64,000 bases of DNA from a virus. Lineage: Duplodnaviria > Caudoviricetes. Position numbers and translations under genes: made by a program. Shown here one piece after another: positions 39,527 through 49,131 of this stretch (position 1 is its first letter; each line of letters begins with the position of its first letter). Under the pieces are notes generated by a model. The model saw nothing but the letters and a program-made list of their open reading frames with translations. It had not been told where the DNA came from and searched no databases. The stretch spans positions 17,144 to 81,143 of IMG/VR virus record IMGVR_UViG_3300048623_000062. One strand, given 5' to 3'.

Positions 39527-39880
39527 ATGCCAGCTGCACTGACCCTTCCGGAGGCCGCCGGGGCCGCGTTCGACAACCTTCAACTCAAGTGGGTATCGGA
39601 CAATCTCAAGAGCAGCATGACGCTGTTTTCGAACGGCATCTCTGGTGTCGGGTCCGATCAGCAGGCGGACTCTCACCCGATCCGGAACTGGTTCGCGCTG
39701 ATCGCGAACCTCGCCAATCAGATGCCGTCGTTTGCGGTCGCCATCGGCGATCTGACGCTGTCGGCCGAGTACATCTACCGGATTTGCTGGGTCACCCAGC
39801 AGTTGCTCGACCAGTCCCTCATCACGTCCGGGCAAGCGGCGGCGATCCTCATCGAGTACAACGCGGCGTTCACTATCTAG
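39527..39880 (+). CDS. helical hypothetical protein
   Basis: GAGG SD. Confidence 0.65.
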   Translation: MPAALTLPEAAGAAFDNLQLKWVSDNLKSSMTLFSNGISGVGSDQQADSHPIRNWFALIANLANQMPSFAVAIGDLTLSAEYIYRICWVTQQLLDQSLITSGQAAAILIEYNAAFTI

Positions 39881-39885
39881 GCTTG

Positions 39886-39932
39886 CTCGGCAGCCTTTGG
39901 CCGAGACCCAACTCGCCAGCCTTGGCCGAGAC
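39886..39932 (+). CRISPR. non-canonical repeat unit(s): CTCGGC-loop-GCCGAG-AC plus duplicated 3' arm
   Basis: Same stem as 55555 and 56973 units. Confidence 0.45.
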
Positions 39933-39955
39933 CCACGCTGCGGCGAGATATGATG

Positions 39956-40540
39956 TCATCTATACGGCTTACGTCCGTCGCCTGCCAGCTTTTGGATCAC
40001 GTGCTGGAAGAACGCCGTGGTGAGTGCCTGCGGTCCGCGCTTCGCGCGCATCAGCGCGACGAGCTCAGCGGCCGACGCGCGCGTGAGGCGCGCCAGCGAG
40101 AGAGAGGCGACCAAGGAGGATCGGTTGGCGTCGGCGGCACAGGCGACCAGTACGCGCTTCCCAGCGCCCAGCGCCTGCGCCACCATGCGAGACGCCATGA
40201 TCACGGCGGCAAGCTCCTGGTGAGACAGGATGTCGTTCACCACCGGGCAGCGCACCAACTGGCCGCGAAACGCAACATGATCGGGCTGCGCCTCCGCTGC
40301 GCACAGCACCAACATGTCGAAGTCGGGCAGGTCCCGGTCGACCATCGGCGTGGCCCCCACCCAGAGCCGCGGCACGATGTTGCTGACATCGAGCGGCTCC
40401 GCGCCCGCAGCGAGCTTGCGGCGCCGTCGCTCCGCGGAGAGCCACCCGCCGCGCTGCGGCGCTGGCGCTTGCTCGTGCGCACGACAGAACAGGCTGCCGG
40501 GTTCCCGGCCGTCTGGGCACCGCGGCGCGATGCAGGACAT
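39956..40540 (-). CDS. dual-specificity phosphatase-like protein with N-terminal zinc motif
   Basis: IVPRLWVG...VLVACAADANRS (CX5R intact, preceding His absent). Confidence 0.7.
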   Translation of the reverse strand: MSCIAPRCPDGREPGSLFCRAHEQAPAPQRGGWLSAERRRRKLAAGAEPLDVSNIVPRLWVGATPMVDRDLPDFDMLVLCAAEAQPDHVAFRGQLVRCPVVNDILSHQELAAVIMASRMVAQALGAGKRVLVACAADANRSSLVASLSLARLTRASAAELVALMRAKRGPQALTTAFFQHVIQKLAGDGRKPYR

Positions 40541-41454
40541 CACACCGCCGGAGCGTCGACCCAGGACAGCGCAGCAAAGGTCTTCGGGCCGATGACGCCG
40601 TCCGCAGCGAGGACGTGGAGCGTCTGGAACGTCTTGACCGCAGCCAGGGTCGATGGGCCGAAGACTCCATCGATGTCGGACGGGTTGCCGGCCGCGCAGT
40701 AGTGATCGGTGCTGGCCCCGAATACTCGACGCTGCACCCACTTCACGCGATCACCGCGCTCGCCTTGCCGCATCACGTTGAAGCGGTTGAGGTCGACGGT
40801 GTTCGTGAACCCGTACATCGGGAACGCGTCGCCCTGGTACTGGTGAATCCACCAGTTGCCATTGTCGCCCCACGGCGGCGGCACCGCCGGGTCTAGATCG
40901 CCCTTGGCGAACGGGGTCGGGTCGAGCCGCGCCTTCGCGTGCGTCGGCCACGGCCACGGTTTCGCCAGCCATAGCGGGGACGCGCGCATGGCGCCGGCCG
41001 GAAGGTTCTTGAGGTCCTCCCTCCAGACCCGCGCGGAGGTGTAGATCATCGGCGCAGCGCGGTAGACTGAGCTCATCGCCTCCCACGCGCGGCTCACCAG
41101 GTCAAGCTCAACCGCCGGCGACGCCGCCGTGTCTTCGACATCGATCGTCGGGATCAGGTCCTTGCCGGTCAGCGTGCCGACGTTGTCGGCGAACGCGTGG
41201 ACTTGGTCCTCCGGCGACATCTTCGCGACGATGTCGGGCTTGAGCCGGAGGTAGAGGTACGCCCCACGGACGAGACCTGCCGCTCCGGCGTTGACCCAGT
41301 CGCGGCCGATGACCGGATCCGCGAAGGTGCCCCAGGCACCCCGGAACACCACGAACCCCAGCGACGATCCCTGGTCCGCACACCCCCGCTTCGCGTCGTT
41401 CCAGTTGGGCGGCCGATTGCCGTCCACCGACGCGTAATCGACGCCGACGATCAC
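40540..41454 (-). CDS. GH25 muramidase plus peptidoglycan-binding domain (endolysin)
   Basis: GVDYAS, IDVE, IHQYQ...VDLN; DGVFGPST..VKTFQ..DGVIGPKT. Confidence 0.85.
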   Translation of the reverse strand: MIVGVDYASVDGNRPPNWNDAKRGCADQGSSLGFVVFRGAWGTFADPVIGRDWVNAGAAGLVRGAYLYLRLKPDIVAKMSPEDQVHAFADNVGTLTGKDLIPTIDVEDTAASPAVELDLVSRAWEAMSSVYRAAPMIYTSARVWREDLKNLPAGAMRASPLWLAKPWPWPTHAKARLDPTPFAKGDLDPAVPPPWGDNGNWWIHQYQGDAFPMYGFTNTVDLNRFNVMRQGERGDRVKWVQRRVFGASTDHYCAAGNPSDIDGVFGPSTLAAVKTFQTLHVLAADGVIGPKTFAALSWVDAPAV

Positions 41455-41825
41455 CGACGCCCCGCTGGCAGGGGGAACGGGAGCGCGACCGAGTTGGCGA
41501 CGAGCTCGGCGATGCGGACGCCGATCATCTCGACCATCTTCATGTAGTCACTGATGAGGCCGGACGGACAGAATGACCCACGCATGCCCTTGGGTTCGCC
41601 GGTGATCGTGTCCACCGTCTCCCATTCGCGGACGATCGCGAAGGTGATGATCCCGTCGCGGCGACGCTGACTTATGATCCCGACCATCCCGTTGGCGCCC
41701 GTGAGCCGGTCGATGTCCACGAACGGTGCCGCCGACTGCGAGCGCAGCGGCTGATGCTCCGGATTGAGGTGCGGCGCCAGTCGGCTCCGCCGTGAATACG
41801 TCGCAGATTCCTTGTGGTTCGCCAT
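41451..41825 (-). CDS. hypothetical protein
   Basis: Start MANHKE inferred. Confidence 0.55.
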   Translation of the reverse strand: MANHKESATYSRRSRLAPHLNPEHQPLRSQSAAPFVDIDRLTGANGMVGIISQRRRDGIITFAIVREWETVDTITGEPKGMRGSFCPSGLISDYMKMVEMIGVRIAELVANSVALPFPLPAGRR

Positions 41826-41959
41826 GTGAGACACACCGTACCATCTGCTGGTGTATCCGTGGTAAGAAGACACTACGGGTAGCGGCTCGAACCATAGCGC
41901 CTCGGGGAGACCCCAAGGACAGGGTGTATTTGGCTCGGTGTCTCAGTCCGCCGAGTAAC

Positions 41960-41987
41960 GTCGGATGGCAAGGGGATGCACCATCCG
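41960..41987 (-). CRISPR. isolated stem-loop-AC unit (CGGATGG/CCATCCG-AC)
   Basis: Fits the unit pattern; single copy. Confidence 0.3.
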
Positions 41988-42238
41988 GGACCTACATTCA
42001 ACAGACTCGAGCCGTTGCCCGGCTTTCATCGCTTCCGGCGCTGTTGGTCGCAGGCGTTGAGGTCGCTGACCTATTTTGGGCAACTGGCGCTGTAGGTGTC
42101 GTTGCACCATGGCTGCTTGCTCGTCGCCACCGCCCCTGCGGCCACCTGCGTGAGGTGGGCTGTGGTGAGCGTGCGGATGGTCTCGAGCTTCAGGGCGACG
42201 CGCGGTCTGGTGTTCTTCATCCCCCAGACTAGCACGCC

Positions 42239-42589
42239 TCAGCGCGACGGCGGAGTCGCGTACTCGGGGCCGACCATCGACGTGTCGACGACGATCGCCG
42301 CGGGGAACTGCGACGGCTCGGCCGCGATCACCTCGACCTGGATGGTCGCCTGCTTTCCGAGGGCGTTGATATTCACGTTGATGGGGCCGGGCGACTCGGT
42401 CACCCCGTCGATATACACCGTCCGGCCGTCGGGGAGCACCCCAACGCGACAGCGCTCGCTCGGGCAACTCGCCACGATCGGCGAGGTCGTGTCGAGCACG
42501 TTGTTCGCCGATCCGATGGAATCGAACGCGGAGTACAGGAGGATGGGACCGAGGTTCCGAGACTTGCCAACATGAATTTGGAATTGCAC
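42239..42589 (-). CDS. small beta-rich protein
   Basis: GTG start inferred. Confidence 0.45.
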   Translation of the reverse strand: MQFQIHVGKSRNLGPILLYSAFDSIGSANNVLDTTSPIVASCPSERCRVGVLPDGRTVYIDGVTESPGPINVNINALGKQATIQVEVIAAEPSQFPAAIVVDTSMVGPEYATPPSR

Positions 42590-42714
42590 TGGCCGTGGTG
42601 TACCATGGCGCTGCCCAAGCCGACCGCAGTAGGTCTCAGGTAAGAGCCGGGTCCTGAGGCCCACGTACCCACCGTGGAATCGTCCCTGTCAGCTACGGTC
42701 GGCCCGGCTTGGGT

Positions 42715-43623
42715 CTATCGTCGCCTGCGCTTCGCGCGTTCAACCACGGGCGGCGCCTTGAGCAGCCCGCTCACGAGGCCAGCGCCGATGTTGTCGAGCT
42801 CGTCCTGCGACACCGCGCTCACGTAGCGCGCTGCGGTCTCCATGCTCTCCCACCCCATGTACCGCTGTAGCTTCACGATCGCGTTCGGGTCGCCGGCCAA
42901 CTGGTTCAGGTAGTTCGTCGCGAACGTGTGCCGGTAGCGGTGCGGAGACATGTTCGCGATGTCGACCTTCGCTGCGGTCCGCTTCGCCGCGCGATACACC
43001 ATCACCCGAGCCACCTCCGGGTTATCTGATGCGCTGATGAGATCGCGGACGCGCTCCCAGTCGGAGAAATCGGCGAGCTCGCGCAATTGCGCCCGGATCG
43101 GCTCGGCAGAGATCTCCATGCGCTTGCGACCCTTACCTTCGTACACAAGCTTGCCAGTGGCAAGCGCGCGCTGCACATCGGCGTTCTGCATGCGCAGGAC
43201 GTCACTGCAGCGAAGCCCACGGATGGCCATAATGAGCAGCACCTGGCGCATCGCCTCGTTGCGCATTGAGCACGTCTGCATGTGCTGGATGACCTCGCGC
43301 CACTGCTCGAGGTCGAGCGGTTGCTTGGTGGTCAGGCGTCTGGCCGGAGGGAGTCGGATGTCCTTGAGTACCTCGGCCATCTCCGGGTTCTTGGAGAACT
43401 TCGCCCACGCGCGCAGCGCAGCCATGTTGGTGCGCAGCGAGTTCGGGGCCAGGCGGCCGGCCACGAGGCGCCGGGTGAGTTGGCGATCCTTGGCGCATGA
43501 CTTCAGGTTCGACACGTAGAGCGCCGCCGTGCCGATTGACCGACCGCGGTCGAGAACCCAAGAGCGGAACTTCGCGAGGTTATGCTCGGTGATTTCCATC
43601 GGCAGCGGTAGGATACCATTCAT
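42715..43623 (-). CDS. tyrosine recombinase/integrase
   Basis: GLRCSD, HRYRHTFA and MGWESMETAARY; start 43623 or 43599. Confidence 0.9.
   Translation of the reverse strand: MNGILPLPMEITEHNLAKFRSWVLDRGRSIGTAALYVSNLKSCAKDRQLTRRLVAGRLAPNSLRTNMAALRAWAKFSKNPEMAEVLKDIRLPPARRLTTKQPLDLEQWREVIQHMQTCSMRNEAMRQVLLIMAIRGLRCSDVLRMQNADVQRALATGKLVYEGKGRKRMEISAEPIRAQLRELADFSDWERVRDLISASDNPEVARVMVYRAAKRTAAKVDIANMSPHRYRHTFATNYLNQLAGDPNAIVKLQRYMGWESMETAARYVSAVSQDELDNIGAGLVSGLLKAPPVVERAKRRRR
43151..43163. promoter_or_regulatory. palindromic operator copy 7 (in integrase gene)
   Basis: Extends to a 17-bp palindrome. Confidence 0.75.
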
Positions 43624-44374
43624 GGTGAGCGCGCGAACGTTTGTCGATAATCCGCCATGGGCAACCCAACTACTGGCCAATGCATACGAGTCTCTCGAGG
43701 CTCGTGTTCGGCCGGACTGGTTGCCCAAGCTATCTCGGGTCACTGCCGGCAAGGCAACGCAGCGATCCGCGAAGGTCGTGATGAAGGCCGAGATGCGGGA
43801 GTACGGCTGCGGCGCCTTCGGATGCGTCATGCCGACGCTTGATGAAACCGTTGTTCTGAAGCTCACCTCCGACGACACCGAGGCCGAGTTCGCGAGGGGG
43901 ATCGCCGCCACGCTCGTCGCGCCGATCTGCGTCCGCTACTACGACATCCTCGAGACGGATCAAACCTTCAAGGGGGAGAGGGTCTGGCTCCTCTGGCGCG
44001 ACAGCGCCAACTACGTGGGCGACGTCTACGCCGCCTTCGGTGACATGAAGGGCGACGTGGCGTCGCATCTCATCAATGAGCAGCACCGGTCAGCAGCGTT
44101 CGTGCTCGTCAAGGTGTGGAAGATGAGCAAGCAAGGCACCAAGGGCGACCTGTCGGCGGTCGCCCCGGAGATCAAGATCTGGCGCGCCAGCGTGCAGGAC
44201 ATCATCGCGTCGGCCGTCAAACCGATCGCTGACCTGTTCTCTGGCGTCCTCCGGGTGTTTGACGAACAGAGGATCTTCATCGGCGACGTGCACGAGGGAA
44301 ACGTTGGACAGGTGACCCAGGACGGCGTGGAGCGGTGGGTAATCACTGACCCAGGTCACGTGGTGGTGTTCTAG
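43622..44374 (+). CDS. protein kinase-like protein
   Basis: GCGAFG, VLKL, DVHEGN and ITDPG. Confidence 0.8.
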   Translation: MVSARTFVDNPPWATQLLANAYESLEARVRPDWLPKLSRVTAGKATQRSAKVVMKAEMREYGCGAFGCVMPTLDETVVLKLTSDDTEAEFARGIAATLVAPICVRYYDILETDQTFKGERVWLLWRDSANYVGDVYAAFGDMKGDVASHLINEQHRSAAFVLVKVWKMSKQGTKGDLSAVAPEIKIWRASVQDIIASAVKPIADLFSGVLRVFDEQRIFIGDVHEGNVGQVTQDGVERWVITDPGHVVVF

Positions 44375-44632
44375 AGGACCAGAGACACTACCGGTAGACC
44401 TGCACCTCCGTGCAGTGTGCGGGGAGATCTGCCGCTCTATGTCATCAGCGCGCGATCAGAGTATCGTTTGCCACATGTGGCGCCTTCACGTGCTTGCCCG
44501 GTTCCTCAGTTGGTATGACCTCTTGGGTGTCGGGTTGGCGATGTTAGATGGGTCATACTGGAAAACGCCGATCTACGACGATCGGAACTTCCTGCCGCCG
44601 TCCGAGGCGGGTGCGGCGTTCGAAGGAGGGGA

Positions 44633-44827
44633 TTGATGCCTCGCCTGATCGGGTGTCGCAAGCCACCGATCTGCATCACGGTGGCATCCGAAACGGTGTG
44701 CGTAAGCAACCGATTCACACTTCTCGTTCTCGAGACCGAGGTCGTCCGTCTGCCGCCACTCACCGAGGACCAGCCGACGCCGCGTGACTGGCCCGCCGCG
44801 TGGCTGGTGAAGTGGAGAGATCGATGA
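44633..44827 (+). CDS. small protein
   Basis: GGAGG SD. Confidence 0.45.
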   Translation: MMPRLIGCRKPPICITVASETVCVSNRFTLLVLETEVVRLPPLTEDQPTPRDWPAAWLVKWRDR

Positions 44828-45027
44828 AACGCATCGTCGACATCGCGCTCACACCACTCGGTGATGGGCGCGTCCACGTCTACGCCATCCACAAGACCGC
44901 AGATGTCACGACGGTTCTATTCGACTGCTCGGTCGAATCTGGACGGGTCACGAGAACGATGGACGAGGTCGCACACCCAGAATCCAACGTGCGCAATATC
45001 TCGATCTGCGGTCGGGAGCGGTCATGA
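44824..45027 (+). CDS. small protein
   Basis: ATGA overlap. Confidence 0.5.
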   Translation: MKRIVDIALTPLGDGRVHVYAIHKTADVTTVLFDCSVESGRVTRTMDEVAHPESNVRNISICGRERS

Positions 45028-46142
45028 GCGCCTTCACTCGTCTTGGATGCTCCATCTGGGACTGGGAGGTGTTCACCGAACTCACGATGCTGGGGCGCAA
45101 CTTGTGGCTCGGGCTCTACACGTCGTCGGAGGCCAAGCGCCACGTCCCCGGACTGTGGCAAGGCGGCATTGCGACGATGGCGGACGCCGCGCGGATGCGC
45201 CCTGATGAAGCACGCGACGCGCTCGAGGAACTCTTGACTCGCGAGGTCGTCGAGTACGACCCCAAGACGCGTGTCCTCCGGCTCTGCGAGCTTCCGGATG
45301 CCGGTGAGTACCCGAGCAACGGCAAGGTGATCCTGAACTGGTGGACGAAGTTCAGAACGGTGCCCGACTGCCCGGTGCGGAACGCGCACGTGCGAACGAT
45401 CGCGTGGCTCCTGACCGAAGGAGCGAAGAGGTCAGGCAAGGAAGCCGCCTCACCTCACCATGCTGAGGCGTGGTCAACCACGTTCGGGCTGATCAAGGTT
45501 CCGGCGAATCGGCGTCGTGGTCTGCGAAGTCTGTCGGATAACTCCGACACCGGAACACCTTCGCAGCCGTCTCTGTTCGGGATCCTCGCTGCCCCTTCCG
45601 GAGCCTCCGGGTCCGATTCAGAGTCTGAGTCGAGTTATCCACAGGATGTGAACAGTTCTGTGGATAACTCTGCCGTTCTGCGTCAATCGAATAAAATCAG
45701 GGGTCCGGAAACGGTATCCGATACGGTATCCGATACCGTATCCGATACCAACAGGATCCCGGATCCCGGATCCCGGATCCCGGATCTTCTTTCTTTCTCT
45801 GGAGAACGGACTAGCAAGCGATCGGTCCTGACGCTGGTCCCAACCACGCTGCCGTACAGCGCAAGCGACGTGCTCCGCGAAGTCGCCAAGGCTGGAGCAT
45901 GGGACCCATCGCTCGATTTGGCCTATCAGGCTGCCCTGGGAGCGATGATTCAGACCTGGTCGGCGGCAGGGATACCCCTGGACGATTTTCGCGTCCTGGG
46001 CGAGTACAGCGCGCATTCCAGGGTCACCCGAGATGCGAGGTGGCTGGTGGGTTGCGATCTACCCAAGGAAATCTCGCAAGCGCGCCGCACGCTGGAATGG
46101 CGTGACGCGCAGGTGGCGATGATGCGAGAGTCCAGTTCATGA
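45024..46142 (+). CDS. phage replication initiator-like protein
   Basis: Helical N-terminal domain, low-complexity linker with DNA repeats, C-terminal domain, as in lambda O-type initiators. Inferred. Confidence 0.6.
   Translation: MSAFTRLGCSIWDWEVFTELTMLGRNLWLGLYTSSEAKRHVPGLWQGGIATMADAARMRPDEARDALEELLTREVVEYDPKTRVLRLCELPDAGEYPSNGKVILNWWTKFRTVPDCPVRNAHVRTIAWLLTEGAKRSGKEAASPHHAEAWSTTFGLIKVPANRRRGLRSLSDNSDTGTPSQPSLFGILAAPSGASGSDSESESSYPQDVNSSVDNSAVLRQSNKIRGPETVSDTVSDTVSDTNRIPDPGSRIPDLLSFSGERTSKRSVLTLVPTTLPYSASDVLREVAKAGAWDPSLDLAYQAALGAMIQTWSAAGIPLDDFRVLGEYSAHSRVTRDARWLVGCDLPKEISQARRTLEWRDAQVAMMRESSS
45709..45788. repeat. iteron-like tandem repeats: 12-bp x3 and 7-bp GGATCCC x4
   Basis: ACGGTATCCGAT x3, then GGATCCC repeats. 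Confidence 0.75.
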
Positions 46143-46267
46143 ATTTGAGACGCGAGGTTGAGTGCCAAGGAGTTGGGACGATGCCGCGATGCTATCGCGG
46201 CGCAGGAGGACCGCATCGCCCGTCAGGACGGCGACATCCGCGAACTTCGTCGACTGCGAGGACTCGC

Positions 46268-46450
46268 ATGACTCGTCGTTCCATCAACGCCCATCGGATC
46301 GTGATCTATCAGGCCGGTGGCCAGTGGTCGGCAGCCTGCAGGTGCGCGCTGATGCTTGTCGTCGTCGGAAACAAGCGCGCCGACGTCGAGCGCGAGTACA
46401 AACAGCACGTCAAGCGCTCGGAACGAGCGTCCAATAGGAGCAAGCAGTGA
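46268..46450 (+). CDS. small protein (CRC motif)
   Basis: Start inferred. Confidence 0.5.
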   Translation: MTRRSINAHRIVIYQAGGQWSAACRCALMLVVVGNKRADVEREYKQHVKRSERASNRSKQ

Positions 46451-46737
46451 GTCTCGAGTACGCCATCCGCGAACTCGCCAAGCGCCACAACCGCGACGTC
46501 GCGGTGCTACTCGAGGTCTGGAACGAGCGTGCCGCGATCCGCGAGTACCTCTCGCGGACGGGCCGGCCTATGGCCGAGCTTGAGGCGCTCCACGAGGTGG
46601 AGGCGATGTACAAGATCGGCCAGCACGCGCCGAGACCACAGCAGCCAGCGGCTCCTGATGCTGGACTAGGGCCCTCCTCGACACCGCGGCGCCGCGCGGT
46701 CCGCAAGCCGCACCCGGGTGACAGCCGTGCTGGATGA
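46447..46737 (+). CDS. hypothetical protein
   Basis: Coupled start. Confidence 0.55.
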   Translation: MSLEYAIRELAKRHNRDVAVLLEVWNERAAIREYLSRTGRPMAELEALHEVEAMYKIGQHAPRPQQPAAPDAGLGPSSTPRRRAVRKPHPGDSRAG

Positions 46738-47023
46738 CCTGATCGCCATGTTCGTGTCGGCGTGGATCCTCGTGTGGACCGCGCTCTACGAGCCGAACCG
46801 CGGAGGGTGCCCCGCTGGCTGGCATCACGAGGGGATTCGCGAGACCGGCCGCTACGAGTGCGTGCGCGCGCCGGTGGGGTCGATGGACTTCGACGGCACC
46901 TGGGGCAAGCCGGACCGCAGTTACGTTCCGCCGGGCCGCGTGGAGAGCAGGATCTACTGCACCGGCGGCGCGCGGCCGATCGTGGTCAACGAGCGCACCG
47001 TGGGATGTCAGCGATTCTGGTGA
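46718..47023 (+). CDS. secreted Cys-containing protein
   Basis: N-terminal TM, four Cys. Confidence 0.55.
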   Translation: MTAVLDDLIAMFVSAWILVWTALYEPNRGGCPAGWHHEGIRETGRYECVRAPVGSMDFDGTWGKPDRSYVPPGRVESRIYCTGGARPIVVNERTVGCQRFW

Positions 47024-47026
47024 GCG

Positions 47027-47491
47027 ATGTCGCCGTCGACCTGCGCTATCTGCATGCAGCCGATCGTCAAGCCGCAGAAGATCCTGATCACGGGGACCGA
47101 GGCTGTGCACCGTGCGTGCGCCGCCGTTGGCGGCCTGACGGTTCGGCAGCGCCAAAGCGAAGTCACCCTGAAGGCTGTCGCTCTCGCCGAGCGTCTGCAG
47201 CGTGAGCTCGCGATCGCCGAGCAGCAAGCGTCATCAGCGAGCAAGGAGTGTCTCGAGGCCATCGGGGTGATAAGCAAGCGGCACACCGCCGAGATGGACA
47301 CGGCACGGGCGCAGCGCCGGGAACTCGAGCGGCAACTGCAGGACGCTGACAACGAGCGGCGGCGGCTGGGCGTCGAGCTCGATGCGGCCAGGGCCGAGCT
47401 TGCGAAGCGCAACGCCCCGGAACCCAAGGTCGAGCCCGCCGGTGACGACGCGGAGGTGCGTTTTGGGTTGCTTGAACTCGACCCGTTGTAG
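47027..47491 (+). CDS. zinc-finger plus coiled-coil protein
   Basis: CAIC...HRAC then heptads. Confidence 0.65.
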   Translation: MSPSTCAICMQPIVKPQKILITGTEAVHRACAAVGGLTVRQRQSEVTLKAVALAERLQRELAIAEQQASSASKECLEAIGVISKRHTAEMDTARAQRRELERQLQDADNERRRLGVELDAARAELAKRNAPEPKVEPAGDDAEVRFGLLELDPL

Positions 47492-47514
47492 TACAAGCTA
47501 ACACGCGACGCTGC

Positions 47515-47856
47515 ATGGGACCGCACGGTGTGCTGAGGGATTCTCCGCGGTTCGCCGACCTCATCGGGACCATTGCAGCGTCGCTACCATCTGAGATGCC
47601 ATCCAAACCGTCGCCGCTCGACCTCGCGAATCAAACGATTCGCAATCTCAAGAACGAGCTCCACAAGGAACGAACATCACCGGAGCGTCAGGCGGAGCGT
47701 CAGGCACTGCTCGAGGAGAAGCACCGGCTTCAGCAGGAGCGTGATGCGGCGGTTCGGCGGGCCGAGAGCGCTACGCGCGAGCGCGCCGCCTACGCGATGG
47801 CGTTCTCGGCGATGGTGTCGCTGTGGCATGTCATCGGGTCAGGCAAGGAGCAGTAA
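47515..47856 (+). CDS. coiled-coil protein
   Basis: Start uncertain. Confidence 0.55.
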   Translation: MGPHGVLRDSPRFADLIGTIAASLPSEMPSKPSPLDLANQTIRNLKNELHKERTSPERQAERQALLEEKHRLQQERDAAVRRAESATRERAAYAMAFSAMVSLWHVIGSGKEQ

Positions 47857-47857
47857 C

Positions 47858-48175
47858 GTGGAGCGGATCAACAGCACGAATGTCCGAGATCGCGTCGTGA
47901 ACGCCACGACCGAGGCGATCGTCGACATCTTCAACCAGTACGACCCCGAGGACCTGGAGGACGAGGCAGTGGTCGCCGTCGGTGCGAAGATCGCCAATCT
48001 GACCGCCGACAAGCTGGCGCCGTTCCTGCGCCCGGTCCTAGACGAGCGCGATGCGTATCGCGAGATGATCAAGCAGTTGCTCAAGTCGGCCCATCCGAAC
48101 CCGCGTGACCATCCCAACATGACGGTCGCCTGGAACGCTGCAGCGGCCCTTCTCGGAGAGGACAGCCCATGGTGA
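47858..48175 (+). CDS. hypothetical protein
   Basis: GTG start inferred. Confidence 0.55.
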   Translation: MERINSTNVRDRVVNATTEAIVDIFNQYDPEDLEDEAVVAVGAKIANLTADKLAPFLRPVLDERDAYREMIKQLLKSAHPNPRDHPNMTVAWNAAAALLGEDSPW

Positions 48176-48429
48176 CGGTGCGGTGCAACCTCGACAACGA
48201 GGAACTCGCCACTGGTGGTCGCGGACTGCTGCGTGATCACGCCGAGGAGATGGCCGAGGAGTTGCTCCACCTTCGCGCCAAGATGGGCGCGCTCACCACC
48301 CTCGGTGCCATCACGCAGGAGCGCGATCGCCTGAAGGAGATCTTGGCGTCATCACGGGCGCAGTGCGAGCACGCCCAGGCCGAGGTGCTTCGTCTGAAGG
48401 CGCGCCTCATCGAGGCGCTTGGCCGATGA
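48169..48429 (+). CDS. coiled-coil protein
   Basis: ORF track. Confidence 0.55.
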   Translation: MVTVRCNLDNEELATGGRGLLRDHAEEMAEELLHLRAKMGALTTLGAITQERDRLKEILASSRAQCEHAQAEVLRLKARLIEALGR

Positions 48430-48944
48430 GTTCCGACAGTTGGTGCTCGCCACCCGAGATCACCGAACGGCTGGTCGAGTTGTTCGACGGACCGGTGGAC
48501 GTCGACCCATGCTCGAACGGCCGCTCGATCGTGGCGGCGCGTCAGGCGTTCACCGCGCGTGGACTCGCGCGACCGTGGTTGCTCTCCAAGCCGGTCGACC
48601 GCACATGGTACCAGAACGACCCATACAGCCAGGCGTACCCGTGGACCTACAAGATGTTGGCAGAGCTTGCCAGTGGCAACATCGTTGAGGGAGTTCGCCT
48701 GTCCATGATGTCGACGTCCACCGTGTGGTGGGAGGATATGTGCAAGTGCCTTACGCATAACCCGCGGATTCTGGCGCTCAAGCGCATCCCGTTTTTGGAC
48801 CCCGACGCGCCCGTGGCTGGGCAGCGCCGGATGACGTGCCGGTTCGAGCCGGCGCTGACGTACTTCGGGCCACGTAGCCGCGTGGCCAAGTTCGAGCGCA
48901 TCTTCAACCCGCTCACTCGTTGGGCGGCCTGGGGGCAATCATGA
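48426..48944 (+). CDS. phage N6-adenine methyltransferase-like protein
   Basis: WCSP, DVDPC and YQNDPYS (NPPY-like). Confidence 0.75.
   Translation: MSSDSWCSPPEITERLVELFDGPVDVDPCSNGRSIVAARQAFTARGLARPWLLSKPVDRTWYQNDPYSQAYPWTYKMLAELASGNIVEGVRLSMMSTSTVWWEDMCKCLTHNPRILALKRIPFLDPDAPVAGQRRMTCRFEPALTYFGPRSRVAKFERIFNPLTRWAAWGQS
48667..48679. promoter_or_regulatory. palindromic operator copy 8 (intragenic)
   Basis: Perfect match. Confidence 0.75.
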
Positions 48945-49131
48945 GAATCTGGGTCGGACCCGACGACAATATCGGCGCCGCGCACACGCCTGCGACCGAG
49001 GACAAGGTCAAGTCGTTCATGTGTGCGCTCTGTCGCGTGACCGGAAATCGCATGAAGGCAGAGGCGTATCTGCTCGAGTTGCAGGCGATCTGGGCGACGC
49101 GCGCGCGCCCGTGGCTGGAGGGGTTCAAGCC

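Noticed and set aside
42660-42715. Attachment site beside the integrase
   Set aside because: No direct repeat, tRNA fragment or host junction visible in the window.
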